Shown piece by piece: positions 51,112-60,995 of a DNA stretch of 64,000 bases (its first letter is position 1; each line of letters starts with the position of its first letter). Source of the stretch: Nitrospirota bacterium (GTDB lineage Bacteria; Nitrospirota; Thermodesulfovibrionia; Thermodesulfovibrionales; Dissulfurispiraceae). The stretch covers positions 448,001-512,000 of the forward strand of contig CAWBMP010000002.1 of the NCBI GenBank assembly GCA_963790025.1, in the 5' to 3' direction. The notes beneath the pieces were generated by a model. That model was given only the letters and a program-made list of their open reading frames with translations, ran no database searches and was not told where the DNA came from. Both the position numbers and the translations under genes were made by a program.

Positions 51112-52566
51112 TTAATATGCTCCCTCTTTATTCAGCACAACCCTCACCGTTTTAAATAGTATCACAATATCAAACCACAATGACCAATTCAGAACATACC
51201 ACGTATCAAGCTTGACTCTAAAATCATAGTTCATGTCATTCCTCCCGCTTGTCTGCCACAGACCTGTCATTCCCGGCTTCACCATAAAATAGTAGTCTGC
51301 ATACTCTTTATAATAATTATCTATTTCCTCCTGTAACACAGGGCGCGGCCCTACCAGGCTCATATTGCCCTTCAGTATATTTATGATCTGAGGCAGTTCG
51401 TCAAGAGAGGTTTCTCGCAACCACTTCCCAATCCTTGTCACTCTCGGATCATTCTTCAGTTTAAAAAAAGTTTCCCACTCCGCCCTGGCTAATGGGTCCC
51501 TTTCCAGAAATTCATTCAACTTTTCCCGGGCATCCAGGTACATGGTCCTTATTTTATAAACCCTTATCGATTTCCCTTTCTGCCCAATACGAATATGCGA
51601 ATAGAATACAGGGCCGGCCGAATCAATCTTAACGATAAGGCCGATCACTCCCACGATCAGCAAAAAAAAGGGGAAAAAAAGGAACGCCACAGTGAGATCA
51701 AAACTCCTCTTAACAAACCTGTTGAACAAGGACTTCAAGTTATTATTTATCTTCAGAAGAAAGAGCTGCTGCATGAAAAGATGATATAATTCGGTATTAA
51801 GAAGCGCTATGCCTTTAAGGTCCGGAACGAGCAGAACGCTCTTCGTGTATCGTTGAACAGCACTGGTAATCTCCGTCATTTTCTGAAGCGAAAGTGAAGG
51901 GATCGCAATAATAACTGTCGATATATCCAGCAGGTTCACAAATTTACTGAAATACCTGGTCTTTCCAAAAACTTTATATGCCGTATTATCAATGACGACC
52001 TCTGTACCCTTCTTTTGTTCATCATCATCGAGAAATCCGATAATCTTATAGCCGAGATGGTCTTCCCTGATAATTCCCCTGGCTGTTTCAACACCGGCAT
52101 TTCCCGCGCCGATGATTATGGCGTTTTCCCGCCAGAGGCCGGTTGCCGAGAGAATTTTCTTCCCGAATAATCTGAACAAAGGGAACAGCAGCAGGCTGTA
52201 AAACCACAAGAATAAAATTACCAAACGGGAAATGATATTGCTTAACTTTCCCAGAGATACGATGGCAAAAACAATTACTACCGATACTGTTACCGCCTTT
52301 ATTATTTCCCTCGTCTCATCCCAAAACGAGAGCCTCTTCATATACAGCATTTCATATGCAATGGCAATGATAAATATCAGAGGTACCCACAAAAACCGGA
52401 AAAAATGGACCAGCGGAAGATCAAATGATATAATGCCGGTAAACAAGGTATCAAGCAATTTTCGGGTAAAATAAGCGGAAACAAGCGCCCCATAAAACGC
52501 CAGCAAATCGGTCAGAACAAGTGCGGAGACACATGCCAATTCTTTATTTCTGTTACCATATCTCAT
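51112..52566 (-). CDS. wbaP: Undecaprenyl-phosphate sugar phosphotransferase (WbaP family)
   Basis: N-terminal TMs; GAGNAG; KRSFD, KIRTM, DPRVT, SLDELPQ and KPGMTGLWQ motifs; sugar specificity not determinable. Confidence 0.88.
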   Translation of the reverse strand: MRYGNRNKELACVSALVLTDLLAFYGALVSAYFTRKLLDTLFTGIISFDLPLVHFFRFLWVPLIFIIAIAYEMLYMKRLSFWDETREIIKAVTVSVVIVFAIVSLGKLSNIISRLVILFLWFYSLLLFPLFRLFGKKILSATGLWRENAIIIGAGNAGVETARGIIREDHLGYKIIGFLDDDEQKKGTEVVIDNTAYKVFGKTRYFSKFVNLLDISTVIIAIPSLSLQKMTEITSAVQRYTKSVLLVPDLKGIALLNTELYHLFMQQLFLLKINNNLKSLFNRFVKRSFDLTVAFLFFPFFLLIVGVIGLIVKIDSAGPVFYSHIRIGQKGKSIRVYKIRTMYLDAREKLNEFLERDPLARAEWETFFKLKNDPRVTRIGKWLRETSLDELPQIINILKGNMSLVGPRPVLQEEIDNYYKEYADYYFMVKPGMTGLWQTSGRNDMNYDFRVKLDTWYVLNWSLWFDIVILFKTVRVVLNKEGAY

Positions 52567-53525
52567 ATTTTCATCTTTTTCCCCTCAACCCATGCCATGT
52601 TTTCTATATACCACTGCACTGTAGCTCTTATCCCCTTTTCAAAAGAGACCTTCTTTTTCCATCCAAGCTGTTTTTTGATTTTGGCAGAATCGAGTGAATA
52701 GCGGTAGTCATGGCCGGGCCTGTCTTTTACAAATTCTATCAGTTTTTCCGATCTCCCCATCAGGCGAAGAATCTCTCTGACGACTTCAATATTCTGTTTC
52801 TCCTCGCCGCTGCCCACATTATAAACATCGCCGGGACTGCCATGCTCCAAAACAGCAAATGCCGCATTAACGCAGTCAGAGACAAACAGCCATTCCCTTA
52901 TATTTTCTCCTCTGCCATAAACAGGGATTTTCTCGTTATTCATAGCTTTCAATATGACCACGGGGATCAGCTTTTCAGGGTATTGCCACGGGCCATAATT
53001 ATTTGAAGGCCTTACTGTTATTACCGGCAGGCCGTAGGTCCTGAAATATGCCCTCCCGAGCATATCGGCAGATGCCTTGCTGACCGAATACGGAGAGTTC
53101 GGGTTCAGAGGAGTGGCCTCATAAAAGCGCCCGTCAGCCTCAAGCTCTCCGTATACCTCATCCGTCGATATATTGACAAATCGTTTTATCCCGTATTGCC
53201 GTGATGCCTCAAGCAAACGTTGGGTCCCCTTGACATTAGTTTCCAGGAACGGGCCTGCATCCAGAATACTTCTGTCCACATGACTTTCCGCAGCCCAGTG
53301 AATAACGGCATCAGGCCTCTCGGTCTTGAAAATCTGTCGTATAAAATCCACATTACCGATATCAGCCTTATAAGAAGTGACTTTCTTTGCAACTTTCTGT
53401 ATTCTTGCCATGTCGCCGGCATAGCTGAGCGCATCAATAACACCGACAGAATACCCCCGCTTCACAGCCTGTCTTACAAATTCGCTCCCAATAAATCCTG
53501 CCCCACCGGTAATTAAAAGCTTCAC
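52563..53525 (-). CDS. rfbB: dTDP-glucose 4,6-dehydratase
   Basis: GGAGFIG, AAESHVDRS, STDEVYG, YSVSKAS and DRPGHD motifs. Confidence 0.96.
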   Translation of the reverse strand: MKLLITGGAGFIGSEFVRQAVKRGYSVGVIDALSYAGDMARIQKVAKKVTSYKADIGNVDFIRQIFKTERPDAVIHWAAESHVDRSILDAGPFLETNVKGTQRLLEASRQYGIKRFVNISTDEVYGELEADGRFYEATPLNPNSPYSVSKASADMLGRAYFRTYGLPVITVRPSNNYGPWQYPEKLIPVVILKAMNNEKIPVYGRGENIREWLFVSDCVNAAFAVLEHGSPGDVYNVGSGEEKQNIEVVREILRLMGRSEKLIEFVKDRPGHDYRYSLDSAKIKKQLGWKKKVSFEKGIRATVQWYIENMAWVEGKKMKI

Positions 53526-53567
53526 AATACCTCCTTAACATATTGCATTAATGTGAAAAAAAATAAT

Positions 53568-54416
53568 TCAAAAATCACATTTCTTTATGTATCTATCAAT
53601 AGCATTCTTCCAGTCAGGTATCTCCACACCCAGGTCTTTTGACACTTTTGCATTCGACATCGCGGAAAAGTAGGGACGCCTCGCGGCCTCGGTAAAGAAA
53701 TGCGAATCTACAGGCAATACCGTTCTCTTGAGTCCAAGTTTTGCAATATAATAGCGCGCAACCTCATACCGTGAGCCATATCCGCCGTTAGTCAAATGAT
53801 AAACACCCCTCAACCCTTTATCGAGAGCAGCAAGCGTATATTTAACGATATCCTCTGTATAGGTCGGCACAGAGACCTGATTGCATACGATCTTCAGGAT
53901 ATCCCTTTCCTTGGCCCACTCAGAAAGTTTATAAAGAAAGTTTGCCGTCCCGTGACCGAATACCCAGCTTACCCTGAAAAGCAGAAAGTCATCTGTCTCC
54001 CCTGCTATCAACCGCTCGCCTGACAGCTTGCTTTCGCCATATACATTTAACGGATAAGTGCTGTCCGTCTCAGTATAAAAATTTTCTTTAGCTCCGTCAA
54101 AAACATAATCGGTGCTGTAATGGACCAAAAATGCATTATTTTGGTTGCACACAGCCGCAAGATTTTTCACTCCGGTGGCATTCACACAAAAAGCGGCATC
54201 CCTGTCCTCCTCCGCTCTGTCCACAAGATTGTATGCGGAGCAGTTTATGACAACCGCAGGTTTGTTGTCTGAGATCGCTTCACAAACTGATTGATAATCA
54301 GACACATCGAGTTCTTTTTTGCTTAACGCAGTAATCTGGTAAGTTCCAGAGCGTTTGCAGTATCTCTGAAATTCCATGGCAAGCTGACCGTTTGCGCCGG
54401 TTATAAGTAATTTCAT
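53568..54416 (-). CDS. rfbD: dTDP-4-dehydrorhamnose reductase
   Basis: GANGQL, STDYVFDG and YGESKL motifs. Confidence 0.96.
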   Translation of the reverse strand: MKLLITGANGQLAMEFQRYCKRSGTYQITALSKKELDVSDYQSVCEAISDNKPAVVINCSAYNLVDRAEEDRDAAFCVNATGVKNLAAVCNQNNAFLVHYSTDYVFDGAKENFYTETDSTYPLNVYGESKLSGERLIAGETDDFLLFRVSWVFGHGTANFLYKLSEWAKERDILKIVCNQVSVPTYTEDIVKYTLAALDKGLRGVYHLTNGGYGSRYEVARYYIAKLGLKRTVLPVDSHFFTEAARRPYFSAMSNAKVSKDLGVEIPDWKNAIDRYIKKCDF

Positions 54417-54425
54417 CCTCTCACT

Positions 54426-54977
54426 CTACTCAAAATTATTGTCCGCGTCTTTGAGGAAAGGGAGCACCCTGTCTTTTTCCGAAAGTATCGGGGCCCTTAC
54501 CGGCCAATCAATATTGATGGCTGGATCATTCCAGATTATTCCCCTGTCGTATTCTGGAGAGTATTCCTGAGTGCACTTATAAATGATTTCCGCTGTGACG
54601 CTTAAAGTCACGAACCCGTGGGCAAAAGACGGCGGGATATAAAGCAGCTGCCTGTTATCTTCGGACAGTTCAATGCCGGCCCATTTGCCATATGTCGGAG
54701 ATCCTTTGCGCATATCGACAGCAACGTCAAAGATCCTGCCCTTTAAACATCGCACCAGTTTACCCTGCGCCATAGGGTCCTTCTGGTAATGCAATCCTCT
54801 TAACACGTATTGTGCCGACTTCGAATGATTATCCTGAACAAAATATTCCGCTATGCCTTCCCGGGCAAAATCCGAATGCTTGTACGCCTCCATAAAAAAA
54901 CCCCGGGCATCACCGAAAATCGCCGGTGTGACCAATACTAGCTCATGCAGGGAAAGTCTTTTGAAAGTAAAAGGCAT
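54426..54977 (-). CDS. rfbC: dTDP-4-dehydrorhamnose 3,5-epimerase
   Basis: DARGFF, QDNHS, LRGLHYQ and AHGF motifs. Confidence 0.96.
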   Translation of the reverse strand: MPFTFKRLSLHELVLVTPAIFGDARGFFMEAYKHSDFAREGIAEYFVQDNHSKSAQYVLRGLHYQKDPMAQGKLVRCLKGRIFDVAVDMRKGSPTYGKWAGIELSEDNRQLLYIPPSFAHGFVTLSVTAEIIYKCTQEYSPEYDRGIIWNDPAINIDWPVRAPILSEKDRVLPFLKDADNNFE

Positions 54978-54986
54978 CTTAACTCC

Positions 54987-55604
54987 TTATTGTGCTAATT
55001 TATACCACAGTGCCTTTTCAAATTCCAGCAGGACTATTTTCGCACTCTGACGGTCTTTCCACCAGCCCTTGAGTGTTACACTGGAATCCTGCGCAGGGAA
55101 TACATACATGGTCATACCATTTTTCCTGGCAAGACCGCTATAAACACGCCTTGCACGCGCAGTATGATAATCAGAGGTGACTAAAATAAATGACTTTGCA
55201 CCCAACTTTCTTAGCAGCTTGACATTAACCTGCGATTCGCCCTCCGTGCTCATCTGGACAAGCCTTTCATCAGACCAGGCGGCAAACTCAGGCCCAATGC
55301 CGCTTGCTTTTAATTGCCGCAAAAACAGTTCTGCATTGGTTATCTTCCAGTAAACAGGACCGCCCCAAAACACTATTTTTTTTCCGTATCCACCCTTAAA
55401 CAGACTGATCGCCGTCATAAGACGGTCGCCGGTATAATCTCCCTGCAGTACAACGATAGCGTCGCAAGGTTTAATATCATCTTTATATACAAGTTGATTT
55501 GCCAGATAATTTAAAACAGGTTCGTGTACAAGAGCAAGAATAAATAAAAGGACGGCACATAAAACAATTATATTGGTTTTAGATATTAATTTTCTTTTGG
55601 GCAT
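54987..55604 (-). CDS. YdcF/DUF218 (ElyC-like) protein
   Basis: N-terminal TM; DAIVVL, ST..E and LVTSDYHTARA motifs. Confidence 0.85.
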   Translation of the reverse strand: MPKRKLISKTNIIVLCAVLLFILALVHEPVLNYLANQLVYKDDIKPCDAIVVLQGDYTGDRLMTAISLFKGGYGKKIVFWGGPVYWKITNAELFLRQLKASGIGPEFAAWSDERLVQMSTEGESQVNVKLLRKLGAKSFILVTSDYHTARARRVYSGLARKNGMTMYVFPAQDSSVTLKGWWKDRQSAKIVLLEFEKALWYKLAQ

Positions 55605-55621
55605 ATTCCATCAGACATTAT

Positions 55622-56503
55622 TCAACATTCAGCTTTCAACATTCTTAATAGGTACTGACCGTACCCGTTCTTTTTAAGAGGTCCGGCAAGTTTTAAAACC
55701 TGTTCCTTATCGATATATCCTAGAGAGTATGAAATTTCTTCGATACATGCAATCTTCAGACCCTGCCTTCTTTCTATAGTAGCAATAAACTCACCAGCCT
55801 CAAGCAGGCTTTCGTGGGTCCCCGTGTCAAGCCATGCATAACCCCTTCCCATGAGTTCAACCCTCAATTTTCCCTCTTTCAGGTACTCCTTGTTTACATC
55901 CGTTATCTCCAGTTCGCCGCGGCCGGACGGCTTAATATTTTTGGAAATTTCAATCACGTTGTTATCATAAAAATAGAGCCCCGTTACAGCATAATTCGAT
56001 TTAGGCTCTTTGGGCTTTTCCTCGATGGAAAGTACCTTGCCGCTATTGTCGAATTCTACTACGCCATATCGCTCCGGATCGTTCACGTAGTAACCAAACA
56101 CTGTAGCACCGTCCCCAGCTGCAATATCACCCATGGCTTTCTTCAGCAAAGCCGTAAAACCATGACCGTAAAAGATATTATCGCCCAGAACCAGGCATAC
56201 GCTATCGCTTCCGACAAACTTTTCCCCCAGCAAAAAGGCCTCGGCAATGCCTTTCGGCTCTAATTGCTCCATATACGAAAAACTTAATCCCAATTGTGAG
56301 CCGGTATTGAAAACTTCCCTGAACCTCGGTAAATCCTGGGGTGTTGAAATAATCAGGATCTCCCGAATGCCCGCAAGCATCAACACAGAGAGCGGATAGT
56401 AAATCATTGGCTTATCATATACAGGGAGGAGTTGCTTGCAAACCGACAGGGTCACAGGATACAGCCGTGTGCCGCTCCCTCCCGCAAGTATTATACCCTT
56501 CAT
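55622..56503 (-). CDS. rfbA: Glucose-1-phosphate thymidylyltransferase
   Basis: [26 protein letters not shown] and GELEITD motifs. Confidence 0.97.
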   Translation of the reverse strand: MKGIILAGGSGTRLYPVTLSVCKQLLPVYDKPMIYYPLSVLMLAGIREILIISTPQDLPRFREVFNTGSQLGLSFSYMEQLEPKGIAEAFLLGEKFVGSDSVCLVLGDNIFYGHGFTALLKKAMGDIAAGDGATVFGYYVNDPERYGVVEFDNSGKVLSIEEKPKEPKSNYAVTGLYFYDNNVIEISKNIKPSGRGELEITDVNKEYLKEGKLRVELMGRGYAWLDTGTHESLLEAGEFIATIERRQGLKIACIEEISYSLGYIDKEQVLKLAGPLKKNGYGQYLLRMLKAEC

Positions 56504-57429
56504 GCGTCCTTCCTTTTGAGTGGTCCGTTCCACCAGTAATTATGCATGCTCATTTTCTTCGATATACTCTTTGGAATGGTTGTATAATGTTTTCCGAGAA
56601 AATAACCCATGTATTTTAAACCATTTCGCAAAAAAAATTCAGGCACCAGGCAGTACTTCCTCCTTGCCGCCAAATAACGGAATTCAGACTTGAGGTATTG
56701 AATTCCTTCACCCTCTGCTTTGCCGAACTTTTCCAGCAGCCATTCTTCCGACCTGTGAAATACCCCTGTATCGAAATATCTTTTAAAATCCTCGGTCACG
56801 GTATAGTTGTGCGAATGATAAACGATTGCATCCGCCGCATAGGCCAGACTGTAACCGGAAAGCAATATGCGGGCGCCCGCATGCATATCTTCGCCCATTA
56901 TTAGGTCCTCCTTGAAATAACCAATTTTACTCAGAACGTTCCGCCGGTATGCTGCAAACGAGTTCGAAATAAAAGCGGCCCTGATTCCCTTGGTCCCGTC
57001 ATTCAGCGAACGCACATGTGAAACATCGGAATAATTGAAGAACCTGATATGCTCGGCAAATGTTGTAGCTTCGGGATACGGCAACTGCCTTCCATATGCC
57101 GCTCCAATTCCGGGGTCTGCAGAAAACGGCTTTAGCAGCTTCTCAATTGCGTCACTCCGCGCAGGCAAGGCGTCATGCGTGAGGAAAATAATAATGTCTC
57201 CTTTGCTGCGCCGCACCCCGAGATTTCTTGTTTTGCCGTGGCCGAATTCCTCTCTTGCAATGTTGACTACAACAGCGCCGAATTTTTCGGCAATGGCCGG
57301 CGTATTGTCTGTTGAGGCGGAATCGACAACGATTATCTCCTCCGCCAAAACCGTCTGCGCCAGTATACTTTCAAGCAGAGCCGGCAGATAGAGCGCAGAA
57401 TTGATGGTGGGAATGACAATGCTAACCAT
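56500..57429 (-). CDS. GT2 glycosyltransferase, probable rhamnosyltransferase
   Basis: [19 protein letters not shown] and RYFDTG pattern typical of RfbN/RgpB-like enzymes; next to the rml genes. Confidence 0.8.
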   Translation of the reverse strand: MVSIVIPTINSALYLPALLESILAQTVLAEEIIVVDSASTDNTPAIAEKFGAVVVNIAREEFGHGKTRNLGVRRSKGDIIIFLTHDALPARSDAIEKLLKPFSADPGIGAAYGRQLPYPEATTFAEHIRFFNYSDVSHVRSLNDGTKGIRAAFISNSFAAYRRNVLSKIGYFKEDLIMGEDMHAGARILLSGYSLAYAADAIVYHSHNYTVTEDFKRYFDTGVFHRSEEWLLEKFGKAEGEGIQYLKSEFRYLAARRKYCLVPEFFLRNGLKYMGYFLGKHYTTIPKSISKKMSMHNYWWNGPLKRKDA

Positions 57430-58426
57430 AAAAAAGTTTTCGCGCCTTTGATCTCAATATCTCTCTGCTCCAAACAGGCGTCATTACTTCCGCCAAATAT
57501 TTATCCGACATCTTTTTATTCTTCATGATTTGCTTTCTCTCCCGTAACATCTCCGGCAGCATGCGAAGGGCGTCCCTCTTTGCTTTGAAAAACATCTTGG
57601 CTTTTCCGTATTTAACAGCAAAGTACATAAATTCCGCTATCGAGCCCAGAATAAATTCAGGGAGGCAGCGCATCAACAAATTAAAAGGAACATTCTTAAT
57701 CCTGACAAATTCACTATTTCTCAGGGTATAGTATACAGCCATATCACTCATATGTCCTATTGAGGACCTGACCTTGTGGCCTACGACGGCTGTAGGAACA
57801 TACACAACTTTCCAGCCATATAACTGCGCCCTGAAATTTAGGTCGGTATCTTCGTGAATAAGAAAGAAATTCTCATCGAGAAAGCCTATATCCTCTATCA
57901 TACTCCTCCGGTACAGAGCTGCACCGGCGCAAGCTCCAAATACGTATTTCTGCACGCTGTAGCGTTCCGCCTCTTCTCCTTCTCCATGTTTAAATCCCTT
58001 TAGCAAGGTTGAAAATCCGTCACCGGCACTATCTATAATGCCTGTACCATAGACGAGCATCTTCGAAGCGCATATGCCGGCTTCGGGGTGTGTATTCATA
58101 GCCTTTACAAGTTCCTCAAGCCATAGCCGGTCCGGCTCGGTATCGTTATTTAAAAGAGCAATATACTCTCCCCTAGCATATTTCATCCCTTCTATATTCC
58201 CTCCTGAAAAACCTGTATTGGATTTCAGGGGGATTAACTTAGCCGCTGTGGAAGAAGAGCTCAGGGCGAGGAATTCCTGAATTGCGCGCAATGAATCATC
58301 CGAAGAACCGTTGTCAATTACGATAATCTCAAAGTCCCTGAAAGTCTGAAACATCAATGCCCGAAGGCACTCTTGAGTAAGATTCCCCCCATTGTAATTC
58401 AATATGAGTATGCTTACTTTAGGCAT
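57422..58426 (-). CDS. GT2 glycosyltransferase
   Basis: DNGSSD, LLNND and EDTDL motifs. Confidence 0.88.
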   Translation of the reverse strand: MPKVSILILNYNGGNLTQECLRALMFQTFRDFEIIVIDNGSSDDSLRAIQEFLALSSSSTAAKLIPLKSNTGFSGGNIEGMKYARGEYIALLNNDTEPDRLWLEELVKAMNTHPEAGICASKMLVYGTGIIDSAGDGFSTLLKGFKHGEGEEAERYSVQKYVFGACAGAALYRRSMIEDIGFLDENFFLIHEDTDLNFRAQLYGWKVVYVPTAVVGHKVRSSIGHMSDMAVYYTLRNSEFVRIKNVPFNLLMRCLPEFILGSIAEFMYFAVKYGKAKMFFKAKRDALRMLPEMLRERKQIMKNKKMSDKYLAEVMTPVWSREILRSKARKLFYG

Positions 58427-58466
58427 GTATACATAGGCCGCAATTCTGAAGATGCCCAGACTATTC

Positions 58467-60992
58467 TCATATCGGTACGCCGCCGCGAAAACGGCGCCAG
58501 GGGATCAGACAACAAAAAATTGACGCGATGGAAACCCCGGTCCCATAGAAAAAAGACCTCGGCTTATACTCAAGAACGATTTCCTTATCCCCTTTTTCGA
58601 GGAATATACCCCTGAAGGCCCCATCAGCCTCATAAATGGGACGCGCATCACCATCGACTTTTGCCACCCAGCCGGGATAATATGTATCGGTAATCACCAA
58701 CATCCGGCCTTTTTGCGGATTCTCAATCGCAAGCACGATTTTCTGCGCGCTCATCTCTCTTATCTTCACTTCTGTAGGAGAAAGGCCCCTGCCCGGATTA
58801 TTTACTTTAAAACCACTCTCTTTTGATGTGATGACCGCCTGGTCCCTTAAGTCAAGTGTTCCCATCATGTCGAGAGCGTCTTTAGTGCTCCCTGAGACTT
58901 TGACATCAGAAACCACGAAAGCACGCGGATATGCCGCGGCATTCTCCCAGATCTGGGCCTCATTATTGTATATCCGGACCATTCCGCTGTCATTTAAACC
59001 CTTTTCCGGAGAGGTGACAATATATCGTGCGCCAATAAGGTCATAATATTTCTTATATGTCAACAATGCTTCTCTTGCACTGCCTCCGGTCCGGAAGCCG
59101 TTATCACCGTCGAAGAAAACAGGATTGGCATGGGGATCGAGGTATCTTTTAGCGAACTCATTAACATTTCCGGGAACAAGTGCTTCGCAGACATTAAGAC
59201 CATAAATTCCAAAGGCGGAGTGGAAGTTGCCGGTCAGGAATCCATCCAGAGAGAACGCTCTCTCGTAATTATTCAGCTGCCTTTCCTTCAGAAATGTGAT
59301 AAAAGATGATCCCCTAAAAAGATCTCTGTTCACTGGCGGTCCTTTTTTTGAGATAATAAAACTTGCAGACATCGCAGTAATAGACACAATAACAAGAAGT
59401 CCGGCTGCAAGGCGTTTTCCTTCGGAAGCAATGATAACTCCTGATGATAAAATGAAAACAGAGGCGATTCGTAATAATTCGACACCCGGCTTCAACCCAA
59501 ACTGTGTAAGGACCATCAACTCTGCTGAAAGGAGAATGATTACTGCAAAAGCCTCCCGGCCTGTATTTTGTCTTACTATTAAAAACCAGAGCAATCCCAT
59601 GAAGATAGTTGTTATTGCAAGTGACCCCAGCACCAATGTGTTGAGCTTCGCTGTAATCAGCCCTGTAACTGGCGATAACAGTATGGCAATGAGGATAAGG
59701 GTAGCAATAAACGCCCTTTGCCTAACCTCTGTATTGGTATTCGTCAGTATCTCCTGGGTTCCCACAGCCGCAACGGTAGCGAAAGACATAGTCAAAGCAG
59801 CGCCGCTGTATCGGGTAATCCAAAAATGTTTCAGAACAGGCAACGCCCCCAACCACTGTAATGGCGGGAACCCGTAGATTTTCATCAATAATATCCCTGC
59901 AGCGATCATCATAAATTTTGAAATATCATTAAAAGCTTTCTCTCCCCTTGAAAGAATGCCGAGAATAACGAGATAGGCCCCTATAACTCCTGTGTATCCT
60001 CCGATATAGTTCCATGAGAAAATTGCTTTGGCGCCCGGAGATATATAATGGCCGGCATGTCCCAACAATTGAGGAATGACCTGAAATACCATAATTCTGG
60101 CGTTAAGGTACATCTTTCCCAATCCGGCCCTGCCTGGATCGGTATTCTGGAAATACTCCCAGACAGACATTAAGAGCGGCATCGCCATTAAAATACCCAT
60201 CGGATACATGGTAAGCGGGCCGAAAGCCTCTCCTTTTTTGCAGCCTTCTGCATGTTTCTGCCACCCCCTGAAAAATGAGTAGCTTCCTGCAAACAAGGCA
60301 TTGATTATTGATATTTCCGGTTGCCCCGAAACAACCAAAAAACTAAAGGAAAGGGCCGCCCAAAGAAGATTTTTCCGAGACCAACTGCCATATAATCTTT
60401 CAAAAAAATACAGGACAACAGGGAGCATGATATCGCTGTTAAATGCAGGTTCAAGCCTGAAATAAAGTACTACGGAACCTGAAAGCACATAGAGGAGAGC
60501 GCCCGAAACAGCAGCCAGAGGTTGGAGCCCAACGCGTCGCAAAAAAAGAAAAGTAAAAGATCCCGCAGCGAAAAATCTCACCATATACATGACGCTCCAC
60601 ATATATGAGGGCATAATATCCTGCAGGGTTTGCAGTGGAAAAAGAAATGCAGACTGAATATTCGCCAGGAAAGGAATGCCTGTGAGACTATAGGGATTCC
60701 ACAGCGGTATGTTCCCTTTCTTCAAGGCATCACCAGCCATTTTATCCCATGGCAATATTTGCAGCGAACCACCGGGATCAATCGAAAGGTCTCCTGCCGG
60801 AGAACGGACAGGTTCATGGTAAAAGCCAGACGGGAATACACTCGGGGTCGGATAGGAGGGCAGCAGACTATATCCCAGAATTATCGGTAACCCAAATACA
60901 ATAAAAATCACTGCAAACAAGAAAAATACCGGCAGTGATTTTTCGTTTTCACGCAACCGGCTTAAAAAGGCCATCACCCCAGCCCTCTGCAT
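58467..60992 (-). CDS. YfhO-family polytopic membrane protein (GT-C-like)
   Basis: PLWNPYSLTGIPFLAN N-terminal motif, many TMs, C-terminal YPRAF and YYPGW.AKVDG. Confidence 0.82.
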   Translation of the reverse strand: MQRAGVMAFLSRLRENEKSLPVFFLFAVIFIVFGLPIILGYSLLPSYPTPSVFPSGFYHEPVRSPAGDLSIDPGGSLQILPWDKMAGDALKKGNIPLWNPYSLTGIPFLANIQSAFLFPLQTLQDIMPSYMWSVMYMVRFFAAGSFTFLFLRRVGLQPLAAVSGALLYVLSGSVVLYFRLEPAFNSDIMLPVVLYFFERLYGSWSRKNLLWAALSFSFLVVSGQPEISIINALFAGSYSFFRGWQKHAEGCKKGEAFGPLTMYPMGILMAMPLLMSVWEYFQNTDPGRAGLGKMYLNARIMVFQVIPQLLGHAGHYISPGAKAIFSWNYIGGYTGVIGAYLVILGILSRGEKAFNDISKFMMIAAGILLMKIYGFPPLQWLGALPVLKHFWITRYSGAALTMSFATVAAVGTQEILTNTNTEVRQRAFIATLILIAILLSPVTGLITAKLNTLVLGSLAITTIFMGLLWFLIVRQNTGREAFAVIILLSAELMVLTQFGLKPGVELLRIASVFILSSGVIIASEGKRLAAGLLVIVSITAMSASFIISKKGPPVNRDLFRGSSFITFLKERQLNNYERAFSLDGFLTGNFHSAFGIYGLNVCEALVPGNVNEFAKRYLDPHANPVFFDGDNGFRTGGSAREALLTYKKYYDLIGARYIVTSPEKGLNDSGMVRIYNNEAQIWENAAAYPRAFVVSDVKVSGSTKDALDMMGTLDLRDQAVITSKESGFKVNNPGRGLSPTEVKIREMSAQKIVLAIENPQKGRMLVITDTYYPGWVAKVDGDARPIYEADGAFRGIFLEKGDKEIVLEYKPRSFFYGTGVSIASIFCCLIPWRRFRGGVPI

Positions 60993-60995
60993 GCC